This document shows, one piece after another, positions 41,155 to 52,952 of a stretch of 64,000 nt of DNA. A program made the position numbers and the translations under genes. Location: the NCBI GenBank assembly GCA_951406725.2, contig OX597816.1:89528001-89592000 (forward strand), read 5' to 3'. The notes under the pieces were generated by a model that worked only from the letters and a program-made list of their open reading frames with translations, ran no database searches and was not told where the DNA came from. Each line of letters begins with the position of its first letter. Position 1 is the stretch's first letter. Source of the stretch: Octopus vulgaris. Taxonomy: Eukaryota.

Positions 41155-41590
41155 ATACACCTTCTCCTCGACTTACGATTGAGTTCCGTTCTGACTGACA
41201 GGTTGTCAGTCGATCTGGTCGGATGTCGGATTTGTATTTTTCAACAGTTTTCATTCAAATGCAACTGGTGCTTGAAAACAACTGAGAGGCAGTGGAAGGC
41301 AGTGGGTGCTTAGGTAAAAGGGAGGTCTGTTTTGCCAAGTGCCAGTTATCGTACGCGCAGCTGCCCAACGCCCGAAAATCGATTTTCTTTCTTTCTTTCT
41401 TTATTTATTTATAATTTCCTTATTTCTTGTGATCGTAAGTTCGAATAGTTGTAAGTCGCATATGTCGTACGTTCACGAGACTATGAGAAGGATCTTTTCA
41501 TTGGCAGCCATTGTTATGAAAACACGCGAAAGTCGAGGAGTAATCACAGATAACATTAAGGTAAGGATTGTTGAAAGTTATTTTTAAAAA
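41155..41590 (+). mobile_element. Tigger/pogo-like 5' remnant
   Basis: CCTCGACTTACGAT TIR-like start, repeated GTAAGTC motifs, and MKTRESRGVITDNIKVRIVE resembling the start of a CENP-B/psq HTH. Confidence 0.4.
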
Positions 41591-41765
41591 GATAATCCTT
41601 TCGTTGAGACTCGGGGATCTAATACTTCGACCGCGTATGCTCTACAGCAAACTCCATTCTATGGACACGCTTTTCCCTTGAAATTTTCTTGCTAAAAGAT
41701 AAAGAATCTGAAACTAGCTTTACTACTCGACCTTAGTCTGCTTGTATAGTCTTAGCTAGCATAGA

Positions 41766-41970
41766 TACAACACTGGATTCAGAAAAACATTCCATCGTTC
41801 ACAGGCAAGGATATGTGGCCCTCAAGAAGCCCCGATCTCAACCCGTTGGATTTTTCTGTTAGGTCCATTCTGGAGACGAGGGTCTCGAGCACTCCTCATG
41901 CTTCGCTCGATGCTGTGAAGGTAAAACTGCGCTCGGAATGGGCTTCGATTCCGCAAGAACAGCTGCGTTA
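41766..41970 (+). mobile_element. Tc1/mariner transposase C-terminal fragment
   Basis: QHWIQKNIPSFTGKDMWPSRSPDLNPLDFSV.SILETRVSSTPHASLDAVKVKLRSEWASIPQEQLR contains the WP..SPDLNPLD motif with a third catalytic Asp. Confidence 0.85.
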
Positions 41971-42619
41971 TATGACTTCGTCTGTGTAAGAAATGTTAAC
42001 CCCAGTGCTTTGTCAGTTAATGAACATCAGACAAGTGAAGACGAGGATCATGGTGTATACGACGAGACCATCACAACCGAGGAGTTTTACCAGTTATTTA
42101 GTGAAAGTGAGGATGAAAGTGATGATAAGTATAACTCGATTCTTCCTTCATTTATTCTTCCGATTTTTGTCACAATGTTTCATACACTTCCTTATAATTT
42201 AAAACAGTTATTGTATTTTTTTCCAACCATAGCACATATGAGTGCATGGTTTTGTATGTCAGTTGCGGCAAAAGTGTCCTAATAATGAAAGGCATAAATC
42301 AAAAAGTAAAGGGAAGTTATCGATGTAATTAAGTCTCAATACGATAAACAAATCGACTAGCTTTATCAAGGATAAAATTTTACATTATAAACAACGGTTT
42401 CTAAAATGCATGGACTTGTAAGTCATCTTCAGCTTACTGAAAGCTCGGTTATCGAACAACAGCTATGTCGACGCGATTCCTAATCGAGCTTTGCTCTCAA
42501 ACATCAACAAATTCGTTGCGACTTATAGTCGGGTCAATGACAAAATTCCTGATTTGAACCTTGTAAGTCGGAGGTGCATCTTATAGGCGAGGGCGTTTTA
42601 TAGTCGAGTATATAGAGTA

Positions 42620-42764
42620 CATCGACCCCAGTGATCAACTGTACTCTTTTTATCGAACCCGAAAAGATGAAAGGCAAAGTCGACCTCGGCGGAATTTGAA
42701 CTCAGATTATGAATACCACTAAATATTTTGCCCGGCATGCTAACGATCCTGCCAGTCGCCACCT
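42620..42764 (-). mobile_element. tRNA-derived SINE
   Basis: GATGAAAGGCAAAGTCGACCTCGGCGGAATTTGAACTCAGA core. Confidence 0.8.
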
Positions 42765-42980
42765 TGTACATGTGTATGATATTAACATTTAAAATATTTA
42801 GGATCTAAAGAACAGCTAATACAAACAAATTGAGAGAGTTAAAAGTCCTCAATATTGAAATCTTATGAATAGGGATAATTAGAATTTGACTTCTAAATTT
42901 GTATGAGTATACATATACATACCCACTCATGCATTCACACACACACACACACTTGCACACACACACACACATACACACAC

Positions 42981-43031
<51 letters not shown>

Positions 43032-45592
43032 CACTCGTATCCATGTATTTGCTTATATGTAGTTATATGCGTACATATATATATATATATATTCATATAC
43101 GCAGATACATATACACACACGTTTACATACACATACGAACACATTGCACTCTCCTACACTTAGTTAAACCTATCTAAGAAATCAATATTGAAAGAAGATA
43201 GAGTTTCAAAGAAATGGTTAGGATTCAGTAGCCATCATCTCTTGTAGAAATGCAGTTTTCTGCTATATGTTCCTCCCTTCAAAACGCTTATTCACTTGTT
43301 AATGTGGAAACAAAGTTCACATGCACGTAGTAATGTATAAGTTTTTGTATACACATGCACACATATAACATTTACTTGAATCTGAGGTAGCACACCATTA
43401 CTACGTCAATTTTCCTGTTACTAACGTGTCCCTTGGGGTATTTTAAGGTGATAACGACAGGAAAGTTAGAGTAGTGACAATGTAACCATGTCTTCCAGTA
43501 GATAAATAGTGCACTTTTTATGTTGTATGTTTGTTCACTTTATGTCATAAACTCTAGCTACCTAAGTTGCTGCACCTATCCATTTGTCTTCTAAGGATAT
43601 AAGCCTAAGCGACCAGCTCCAAAACTATCCCCTATTCACCTCCGAAATATTTTCTTTACAAGCTCATTACCAGTGCTGTGCCTGGATGAGGCGTCTTTCC
43701 ATATTACCTCTTGTATGCAGTGAACCTATATCATTTCTGTTTTATATTATCAACGACGTACACCTTTACATATATTCAGTAATATTATGAATGATTTCTT
43801 AAATTAGCATACTGCCACGAATGTGAAAGGTAGGGAATAAACAATTCGATTAAGCTCAGGATATGATTGGTACTTTATAGATTCAAGACGTTTCTGAACT
43901 CAAACTGTAATGGTATGAATGGAATTAATTAGTATCGAAAGCATTTGAAAAAGCTTAGTATGATAGTCTTCCTCACAAGCCTAAGCCATGCGGAATTTTT
44001 AGTACGATCGTTGGCAATCTTGGAGCTTTTCTGGATAACTATAGTATTAAGAATATTCTAAATAGCCATCATTTTTTACTTACTCAGTTCAGCTGGTGAA
44101 ATAGTTATATTCCTGATCCAATCAGGTTCATAGTTTTCATTAATGATTTTCTGGATGTTATGATGTCTGATTTTATCATGTTTGCTAACGATACAAATTT
44201 GTATTCTTGCAAAATTGAGGAATTTGATTTCTATCATTGGATGAAAGTGACTGGTAAACTTGAGCTTGACCTGCATTCAGTGACGCTGAGATCTTAGGTG
44301 GTTGATTCAAATCAGCAAAGTCTAAATTTCTTTCCATTCACAGCTACAAGAACTCGGATAACATTTCTGTTTCTATCTCTGATATAGTTCTTGAGTTTTC
44401 TAGTCTTAATGTTTTATGCTTAATATTTTCCAAAGACGTAGAAAACAGGTAATAACTTGCTTAAACTCCTAAAATCTAACAGCAAATGTTAACCGCATCA
44501 TATTTCAAAACAATACATACATGTAATCAGTAGTTGCCTGAGATATCATTACAGATGATATTCTTAGTTAAACAATATACAATACTATCCTTACAGTAGC
44601 CTTAGATTAAATATTAAAATTTCGACTATGTTGAGAACATTTATATATTCCAACACAAAGACTTGGTATAACATTACCACGAAAACCTCCACCGTGTAAA
44701 AACAGGCCTGGCGCTATCGTACGAGTTTTAAAAAGCAGTATTGTACTCTTGGAGAAGTTTGTTTCCTAAGTGATGTGAATATTTCATTGAAAACCAGAGA
44801 GAGTACATTAATGAACGACAGCCTTGTAACTTACAACTTATTTGCCCTAATTATAAATCAACATTTCTTACAGCAACTATTGCCAATTTTTTTTAAGCAA
44901 TAATCATAAAAAATTGAACATTCCAAGCTAAAAAAAATTGTTCAATTCAAGCAAAACAGTGGAAGTTTGCTATCCTTTTTTAAAGTTCAACATTCAACTA
45001 TATAAAATTGTCCATGTTTAAATTCTGTTGTGATTTATTTCTGAATAAGAAATTAACCCCTCTGCATGCAGAGATACATAGGTTAAATAACACCATAGGA
45101 AAAATGCTTTTGATAAAGGCATTGGAAGCGAAATCTATTTTTCCTGCTCCTGCTTCACTTTAAATCTTGGGCTTTGTGCCATACCTAAGAAATCATTATT
45201 AGCTGCGGATTGTATGTAGCTCAGCCAAACATCACAAAGTCTGCAATAGTGTGATGACTAATCGATATCACTTTATCACAACTATCATGACTACAAAAAC
45301 CACAATAAGCTTCATCACCGCTTTATTACAGCCAACATGTCTACAAAGTTACAATTATTACCATCGTCACACACTTTTACTACTACCGTTATGCCATAAC
45401 CAACACCATTATCAATGCCACTTCTAGCGGCAAAGATGCAAGAATTACAACTACTAACGCTGCTGCCGTCTTTGCTGTCACCAGGTCAAGTACCTACCAG
45501 TTACAATCACACCAATATTAGCACTGCTTTGGTTAACACTAGCAACACCAACAACTGGAGACTGTTGGTAAAAGAATACAACAAATAATATG

Positions 45593-45614
45593 AGTTGAAC
45601 GAGAAGCACATCCA

Positions 45615-45672
<58 letters not shown>

Positions 45673-45694
45673 TGGATGTGCTTCTCGTTCAGCT
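45593..45694. repeat. ~102-bp palindrome: 25-bp unique arms around (AT)n
   Basis: AGTTGAACGAGAAGCACATCCAGCC-(AT)n-GGCTGGATGTGCTTCTCGTTCAGCT. Confidence 0.9.
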
Positions 45695-45738
45695 TTAAAT
45701 TGACTTCATAACTTTAAATTGAATAGAAGATATGAAAT

Positions 45739-45782
45739 CCACCTGATGAATGTCATTTGAAGACAGGAAACAATTGTAGTGG
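45739..45782 (+). ncRNA. Minimal type I hammerhead ribozyme in a ~200-bp (TA)n-flanked element
   Basis: CCAC-CTGATGA-aTGTC-atttgaa-GACAg-GAAA-CAATTG-TA-GTGG: stem I CCAC/GTGG, palindromic stem III, GUA site. The first stem II pair is an A/G mismatch. Confidence 0.85.
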
Positions 45783-45868
45783 CGATTTATTTACTTTATA
45801 TTAAAATTTTTTATGTATTGATTAAGTCTTTCCTTGTTTGATTTACAAAATAGTGGTTTTGTCTCTAA

Positions 45869-45906
<38 letters not shown>

Positions 45907-45986
45907 CTTCTTTTATACATTTCAGCCTTATATATGTGTATATATATGTGTGTGTTTGTGTGTGTGTGTGTATGCATGTATGTATG

Positions 45987-46035
<49 letters not shown>

Positions 46036-46368
46036 ATAAGTATATGTATGCACATATACGTATATATGGGGGAAAAATAAGTTCAAAAGAGAACAATTCA
46101 AATTTTCTGAGAGATCTGAAAAAAGAGAAAGAATGATTTCTAATAAAGATTCATCGTATGGCGGTGCCCCAGCATGCCCACAGCTCGTGAGCTGAAACTA
46201 GATGAAATGAAAAAAGAATTTAAATATTCATAAAAAAAACACCCAGAGCAAGTGATAAGAATATGAAAATAGTAGTTGAAAAATATCATTATAGGTATAA
46301 AAATATCATAAACAATTATAGAAAAATGGAGGAGAGAAAGATGTTGAATCAAAATTAGATTTAATACA

Positions 46369-46456
46369 AAATAGGATTCAATACACACGCGCGTTTCAAA
46401 AGACAATACATATTTGTATTGTCCTTTGAAACGCGCGTATGTATTGAATTCTATTT
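46369..46456. repeat. 88-bp palindrome containing a hammerhead 3' half
   Basis: Arms 46369-46410 and 46415-46456. The right arm has GAAA-CGCGCG-TA at 46428-46439. Confidence 0.8.
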
Positions 46457-46610
46457 ACGTCCTCGTAACTTAGCGGTTCGGCAAAAGAGACCGATAGAAT
46501 AAGTACTAGGCTTACAAAGAATAAGTCCTGAGGTCGATTTGCTCGACTAAAGACGGTGCTCCGGCATGGCGTAGAAAAAAGACTGAAACGAATAAAAGAG
46601 TAAAAGAGAA
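46457..46610 (+). mobile_element. SINE 3' part
   Basis: GTAACTTAGCGGTTCGGCAAAAGAGACCGATAGAATAAGTACTAGGCTTACAAAGAATAAGTCCTG...GACTGAAAC. Confidence 0.75.
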
Positions 46611-46836
46611 TATAAAAAAAGGTATATACATACTTACAGACATTTTGTTGGATGGGCGTTGACTGTTCAGGAGTTCATCCACCCTTTGACAGGTCATATG
46701 TTTTATCCCGTAGGGTGTCCAACAACACCCTCCTCATCAATCAAGCCTGATGGGATTGCCAGTTTAGTCGCCGACGACCTGACCATGCGACAGGTTGTAG
46801 CGGATTACATGTTACCAATAGCATACAAGAGCGACC

Positions 46837-46900
<64 letters not shown>

Positions 46901-46902
<2 letters not shown>

Positions 46903-49900
46903 AAAAAAAGTCAAGATAGAAAATGCTAAAATTATTTTATAAAATCATTTCAGTACCGGTTTTAGTCATTGAGACTTTTTCTACTGTAAGTATGGAAGAC
47001 AATTAAATTTTGGAAAAATTAAAAGAAAAGTTTTTTAAAAGAATATTTGCGTAGTAATCAAATATAAGGAGCATTTTCCTCGTTTCTGCCTGTCTCTGTC
47101 TCTCTTGTTTACTCATGTGGTTTCGAGGTCGTTTTGAATTCTTGGCAGGGAAGAAGAAGAAGAAGAAGAAGAAGAAGAAGAAGAAGAAGAAGAAGAAGAA
47201 GAAGAAGAAGAAGAAGAAGAAGAAGAAGGAGGAGGAGGAGAAGGAGGAGGAGGAGAATGTGGGAGTGCCATGATAGTAGTAGGATGTTAAATCGTCAAGT
47301 GCTCTGAAAGTGACTTGTTGTGAATGGTAGTAGTGATTGAATTCTTGAGACATCTCTTTTGAATGTCTTGTTTATAAAATTTGTGTAGCTTTTATTCTAA
47401 ACAGCAATAGTGGTAAAGTAAGGAAGGAGGTGGTGGAGAGGAAAAAGACGAAGAAGAAGGAGAAAGAGAAGGGAGAATAAGAAGGAATGTAGGTGGTATG
47501 ATAGTAATAGGATGTTAAATGGTCTAGTAACCTAAAGGTGGTTCGTTATGGATTATAGCAGTGATTGGGACTGTTTATAATGAATTCTTGGGTATCTCTT
47601 GAATGTATCATCTTTAATATTTGCGTGTGTTTGTGTTATTCTAAGGCTGTGGTGGATATGTCGTTTATTGTAGATGCGTTCAAAAGGGGTCTGTATTTTG
47701 TAATAAAGAGAGTCTCTTTACTAATTCGTTGGCTACAGGTCGTATCATCCCTGAATTGGTAGAGGGAAGAAATTCTGAAGCTTGGATTTTTTGTTATTGG
47801 CGCAAATGTCGATGTGTTGGCTGAATGCTATTTTTCTGTTTCGGGGTATGTTGATCTGGGATCTGTGCAGAGCCATCCTTTGACGTAGACTGTTCTTTGC
47901 TTGACCTATGTATTGTTCTTGACACCCAGAGCAGGTTAGTGCGTATGTGAAGTTGCTTTTCACTGTGAAACGTTGTCCCTGTTTGAAGAACTCTGATCCC
48001 TCAATTAAATTGCCGCATATCCCATAGTTGGGTCTTTCGCATTTAGTTACTGTCGGCTTCTGTGTTGTTGTTGAGCGTATTCGGGCTTGTGTTAGGAGAC
48101 TTTTCATAGATTTGAGTTGTCTCTTGTTTTTTATGATCGTGTGTGTTTGGAGGATTAATTTCATTCTGTGGTCCTTTTTTAGCAAGGGAATGTTTTGAAG
48201 GATGGTGTAGAAGGCTTCATTGTTAAGAGGGTTGTATGTGGAGATATATGGTAGGGCTTTTGGTTGTAAATCCTTGTCTCTAGTGTTTGCATTAGAAACT
48301 ATAATACATATCCTTTTTGCTAGGCTGGAGAGGATATCGTTCTGGTGTGTCTGGGGTGGCATGAGTTGAATGGTAGATATTGCTTGGAGCCCGTGGGCTT
48401 ATAGTATATATCTGTTTCTATAACGTTGTTAGATTTCTTAATGAGGATGTCGAGGAAGGGAAGTTGTTGATGGTTATATTCCATCATGAATTGAATGTTT
48501 ACGTCAAGTCCAATTATAAGTGTTTGGATTTCTTTAAGTCTCTCTATATTTTAATGCCAAAGAATGAAACAGTCATCTAGGTATCTCTTCCAGTTATTTT
48601 CTATTTAGAGGGAGTATGGGCTGCTGTATTTTCTAGAACCTTACGATAAAGACTAATTTCTAGATATCCCATGACTAGGTTGGCAAAGGAGGGGGCCATT
48701 CTCGTACCCATCGCAGTCCCCGATTTTTATCGATAGAAGTTGTCTTTGAAGACGAAGTAGTTATTTTCCACGATGAATTTTAGCCCTTCTATCACGAATT
48801 CTTTTTTGATGCGATGTGGGAGTTCGTTGGCGTGATTCTCTAGCCAGAATTGAATTGCCTCTGTTCCTAGGTTGTGGGGGATATTGGAATAGAGGTTGAC
48901 TACATCAAAGGATACTAGTAGGGTGCTTTTGTTTATTGTTTCAGGAAGGTGATTGAGCCTATCCAGGTCGTCCCTTATATAGCTTTTGACATGTTTGAGG
49001 AGTGGTTTTAAGAAGATATCTACAAAGTTACTGAGGCGGTGGGTTTCGCATGCGGGACCTGCTATTATAGGTCTTAATTTGAGGTCATTAGGATTAGGGA
49101 CTTTAATTATTTTGTCTAGGCTATCTTGCATGCGTTACTTATTTTCTCACTTTTGTGTATCTTTGGAATACCGTAGAATTGACTGGTTTTACTTTTCAAA
49201 TTGGTCATATAGTCATATTCTTTGTCGGTGAGCCCTTCTCTGTATAGGTTTAACATGGATTTTAGTTCTCTCATTATTTTCTGCTGACTGTAGTGTTGGG
49301 CTTTTTCATAATAGGTTGTGTCTTCCAATATGGATAGTACTAGAGTTATATAGAATACTGTGTCCATTAAGACAACTGCACTCCATTTATCAGCCTCTTT
49401 GATTGTTATTGATTTGTCGTCCTTTTTTTTGCTGAAGTTTGATTTGTGTTTTTGTCAGTTCATATGTTGATATGGGTAATTCGAGATGTGTTCACAGAAA
49501 TGATCAAAAGTTTTGTTCTTACCTTTTGAGGGGGTGTAGTTACTTCTGTTTCGGACCAACGATTCATCCTCGTTTTATTTGTCGTATAGCTCCTCAGCGA
49601 GTCGTAATTTTCTACAGAATTCAGCGATGCCTTCTTTCATTTCATTGCAGTTGGGGCGTTGTAGGGTGGGTGTAAACTTTTGCCCTTTGCAGAGTATATT
49701 GACTTGGTTTGCTGTCAGTTCTTTGTGAGTTAGATTGATAATTTTTATCACTTCTGGTTCCTCTTGTCTGTTTGGTGATATCTTGTGCCTCTGTGTTTAC
49801 GTATTGGGTCTAGAAAATGATTGCAGTGGTTGGGACGGTAACTATTATGTAGTTGTTCCTTGTTTTTGCGGGATGCCCTGTTGTGATTAATGGTGTGAAT

Positions 49901-50056
49901 TCTTGGAACAGTATTGAAAAGTGTGTCCCGATATCCCATGTTCGGATGTGGTGTTTTAGTGGGCCGTCGTTGGTAATTAATGCATGTGGTACGGGTTTGT
50001 TGTGCATGGTTTTTTTCCATATATGTCAACTCGTGTGTTCCTTTTCAACCTTCTAC
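46901..50056 (-). mobile_element. Near-full-length decayed Neptune-type Penelope-like retroelement (RT, Cys linker, GIY-YIG)
   Basis: IINLTHKELT...KGQKFTPT; FYGIPKIHK; LRPIIAG; LVSFDVVNLYSNIP; GTAMGTRMAPSFANLVMG; WKRYLDDCF (~48560-48593); LPFLDILI; KCERPNYGICGN; YALTCSGCQEQYIGQ...LRQRMALHR. Stops and frameshifts present. Both ends abut (TA)n. Confidence 0.93.
46951..46986 (-). ncRNA. Decayed hammerhead at the 3' terminus of the Neptune element
   Basis: Minus strand reads CAG-TAGAAAA-AGTC-tcaat-GACT-AAAA-CCGG-TA-CTG. All three stems are intact and the core bases are mutated. Confidence 0.65.
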
Positions 50057-50122
<66 letters not shown>

Positions 50123-50372
50123 TTAAAAAATAGGATAAAATCTTAATAAGAAATCTTAACAAGAAATTATCGGGTAGTTAGCGTGAAAAACCTCATAAGA
50201 GAAAAAAAAACTGTAAATTTGTTTTTTGAAAATATTTAATTATATTGTATAGAGGGCATTATTACACATAAATGCAACACGCTAGGAGGGACTCTTAAAG
50301 TCATAAATACCAAATATAAACACATTATACCGAATGCAATTCTCAAAGCGAGTCATTTAAAAACAGAATTTA

Positions 50373-50435
50373 GCTCCATATCACCTGTGATTTCGTAATT
50401 AACACGTTATACGCGTCCCTTGCTCTCAGTGAAGC
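50373..50435 (-). ncRNA. Hammerhead ribozyme copy with a 1-nt core deletion
   Basis: Minus strand reads GCTTCA-CTGAGA-GCAA...TTAC-GAAA-TCACagGTGA-TA-TGGAGC. Confidence 0.75.
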
Positions 50436-50893
50436 GAATCCAAAATATATCATAAATAAACAAAAGCATCATACCAGGCGGACAACCGTAGCCGTCATCG
50501 TAGCAGAAGGAAATGTTTACCCATCATACATTTATGTAAATGGCAGGCTCTTTTGAATTGCACTTCGGTAGACAACGTGCTTTTTCGGAACAAATTTAAA
50601 AAATAGGATAAAATCTTAATAAGAAATCTTAACATGAAATTACCGGGTAGTTAGCGTGAAAAACCTCATAAGAGAAAAAAAACTGTAATTTTTTTTCTTT
50701 GAAAATCTTATTAAGAGTTTATCCTATTTTTTAAATTTGTTCCGAAAAAGCACGTTGTCTCCTGAAGCGCAATTCAAAAGAGCCCGCATTTACATAAATG
50801 TATGATGGGTAAACATTTCCTTATGCTACGATGACGGCTACGGTTGTCCGCCTGGAATGATGCTTTTGTTTATTTATGATATATTTTGGATTC

Positions 50894-50957
50894 GCTTCAC
50901 TGAAGAGCAAGGGACGCGTATAACGTGTTAATTGAGAAATCACAGGTGATATGGAGC
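50894..50957 (+). ncRNA. Type I hammerhead ribozyme
   Basis: GCTTCA-CTGAAGA-GCAA-gggACGCGTataACGTGTtaa-TTGA-GAAA-TCACagGTGA-TA-TGGAGC. Six-bp stem I with one G-U pair, AUA site. Confidence 0.85.
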
Positions 50958-51089
50958 TAAATTCTGTTTTTAAATGACTCGCTTTAAGAATTGCATTCCG
51001 TACAATGTGTTTATATTTGGTAGTTATGACTTTAAGAGTCCCTCCTAGCGTGTGGCATTTATGTGTAATAATGCCCTCTATACAATATG

Positions 51090-51156
<67 letters not shown>

Positions 51157-51357
51157 GTACATATATGTATATATATATGCAAATATACATATATATGTAT
51201 ATATGTATATATATGTATATGTATATGTATGTATATGTATATAAATATGTATATGTATATATATATGTATATATATATATATGTATATATGTATGTATAT
51301 GTATATGCATATATATGTATATGTATATATAGATACATGTGTGTATATATATATATA

Positions 51358-51389
<32 letters not shown>

Positions 51390-51454
51390 CATATACATAT
51401 ACATATAAGCATACATATATACATATATATATATACATATACATATATATATAT

Positions 51455-51592
51455 ACATAAAGGGTTTAACTTTAGGGCGTTTCGTCAGACCTCAAAACCT
51501 GTTGGCCAAAGACCTCTTTAAAATATGGAGGGGAAAGGCACCGTTACGAATGTAAGTAAGGGGATTTTCTCCTTTCGTCATTGGCTATTGAC

Positions 51593-51596
<4 letters not shown>
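51455..51596 (-). mobile_element. Inverted partial copy of the 52678-52930 hammerhead element
   Basis: Reverse complement of ~52678-52819 with several substitutions. It ends right after hammerhead stem II, running into (TA)n. Confidence 0.85.
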
Positions 51597-51657
<61 letters not shown>

Positions 51658-51720
51658 CATATATATATATACATATATACATATATATATACATATATAT
51701 ATACATATATTCATATATAA

Positions 51721-51772
<52 letters not shown>

Positions 51773-51858
51773 AATCCAAACGGGAAACAAAAAAACAACA
51801 ACAAAGGAACAATTACAGTATTATTATTAATAGGCGCTCAGGAAATGGAAGCAGGGAG

Positions 51859-51893
51859 GTATGACGTTTCGAGCGGAGCTCTTCGTCGGAAAC
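51859..51893 (-). ncRNA. Minimal hammerhead (CUGACGA changed to CCGACGA) in element 51767-52062, same family as 24.5 kb
   Basis: Minus strand reads GTTT-CCGACGA-A-GAGC-tcc-GCTC-GAAA-CG-TC-ATAC. Confidence 0.75.
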
Positions 51894-52196
51894 ATAAAGA
51901 AGGAAGAGAGAGGAAAGAAAGATCCCGGAGCGGGCAACGGAGATAGAGAAAAAAACGACTGGTGTTAGGAGTTACACATGGTGAAAGGCGGATGTTTACG
52001 ATAACAAGAGCAAAGTGGGTTTTTAAAGGCAAAAGAGTGGAGACAAGGTTGGTAACGCAACAGATGTGTGTGTATGTGTGAGTGTGTGCGTGTGCGTGTG
52101 TGTATGTGTGTGTGTATATATATATACATATATTCATATATAAATACATATATATATATATATATATATATATGCATATATATATATATATATATA

Positions 52197-52264
<68 letters not shown>

Positions 52265-52433
52265 AACAAAGTTAAATGCGATACAATAAAATTAATTATA
52301 ATCGCCGGTGTACCAGTACACGCCATATATTATTCATATATAAATTACATTTAAAGCGAAGTGTGCACTAGATACACAAAAGCTGGATAAATTTAGTGAG
52401 ATGAAAATTAAAAACTTTTACAAACTTAGCTTT

Positions 52434-52506
52434 TCTTATACTGCAGTTTCGCCAAATTCAGTAATAAAAATAGTATTTATTTACTCAGGCTGGCTCTTCA
52501 GTAAGA
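52434..52506 (-). ncRNA. Intact minimal type I hammerhead ribozyme in ~335-bp (TA)n-flanked element 52261-52598
   Basis: Minus strand reads TCTTA-CTGAAGA-GCCA-(36 nt)-TGGC-GAAA-CTGCAG-TA-TAAGA: perfect stem I, G-C opened stem II, palindromic stem III, GUA site. Confidence 0.92.
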
Positions 52507-52594
52507 TTCCTGTTAATTATGGGAAGACCATATTAATAGACCCATGTGCGTCTACTGAAATGCTCTTTCTAAACTATTCAAAACACTGCACAGA

Positions 52595-52675
<81 letters not shown>

Positions 52676-52781
52676 GTATATAGTCGATAGCCAATGGCGA
52701 AAGGAGATAATCCTCTTGCTTACATTTGTAACGGTGCCTTTCCCCTCCATATTTTGAAGAGGCCTTTGGCCAACAGGTTTT

Positions 52782-52842
52782 GAGGTCTGACGAAACGCCA
52801 TAAAGTTAAACCCTTTATGAACGGGAAACCCAGGGTAATCCC
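52782..52842 (+). ncRNA. Hammerhead ribozyme candidate in element 52678-52930
   Basis: GAGGT-CTGACGA-aacgc-CATAAAG-ttaaacc-CTTTATG-aacgg-GAAA-CCCaGGG-TA-ATCCC. Confidence 0.7.
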
Positions 52843-52952
52843 ATAAACCGGTCTTCCCCAGTAAAATATATATACCGCTCTACATCTTAGAGTGTGCTTC
52901 TTCTCCGGTTTTTATATTTTCTACAAGCGGTATATATATATATATATATATA

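Larger units (their letters stand above)
50121..51087. mobile_element. Non-coding ~470-bp hammerhead element in partial-tandem plus inverted arrangement
   Basis: Direct repeat 50121-50233 and 50594-50706 (period ~473 bp). Inverted copy ~50707-51087 of ~50241-50622. Flanked by (TG)n and (TA)n. Confidence 0.9.
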
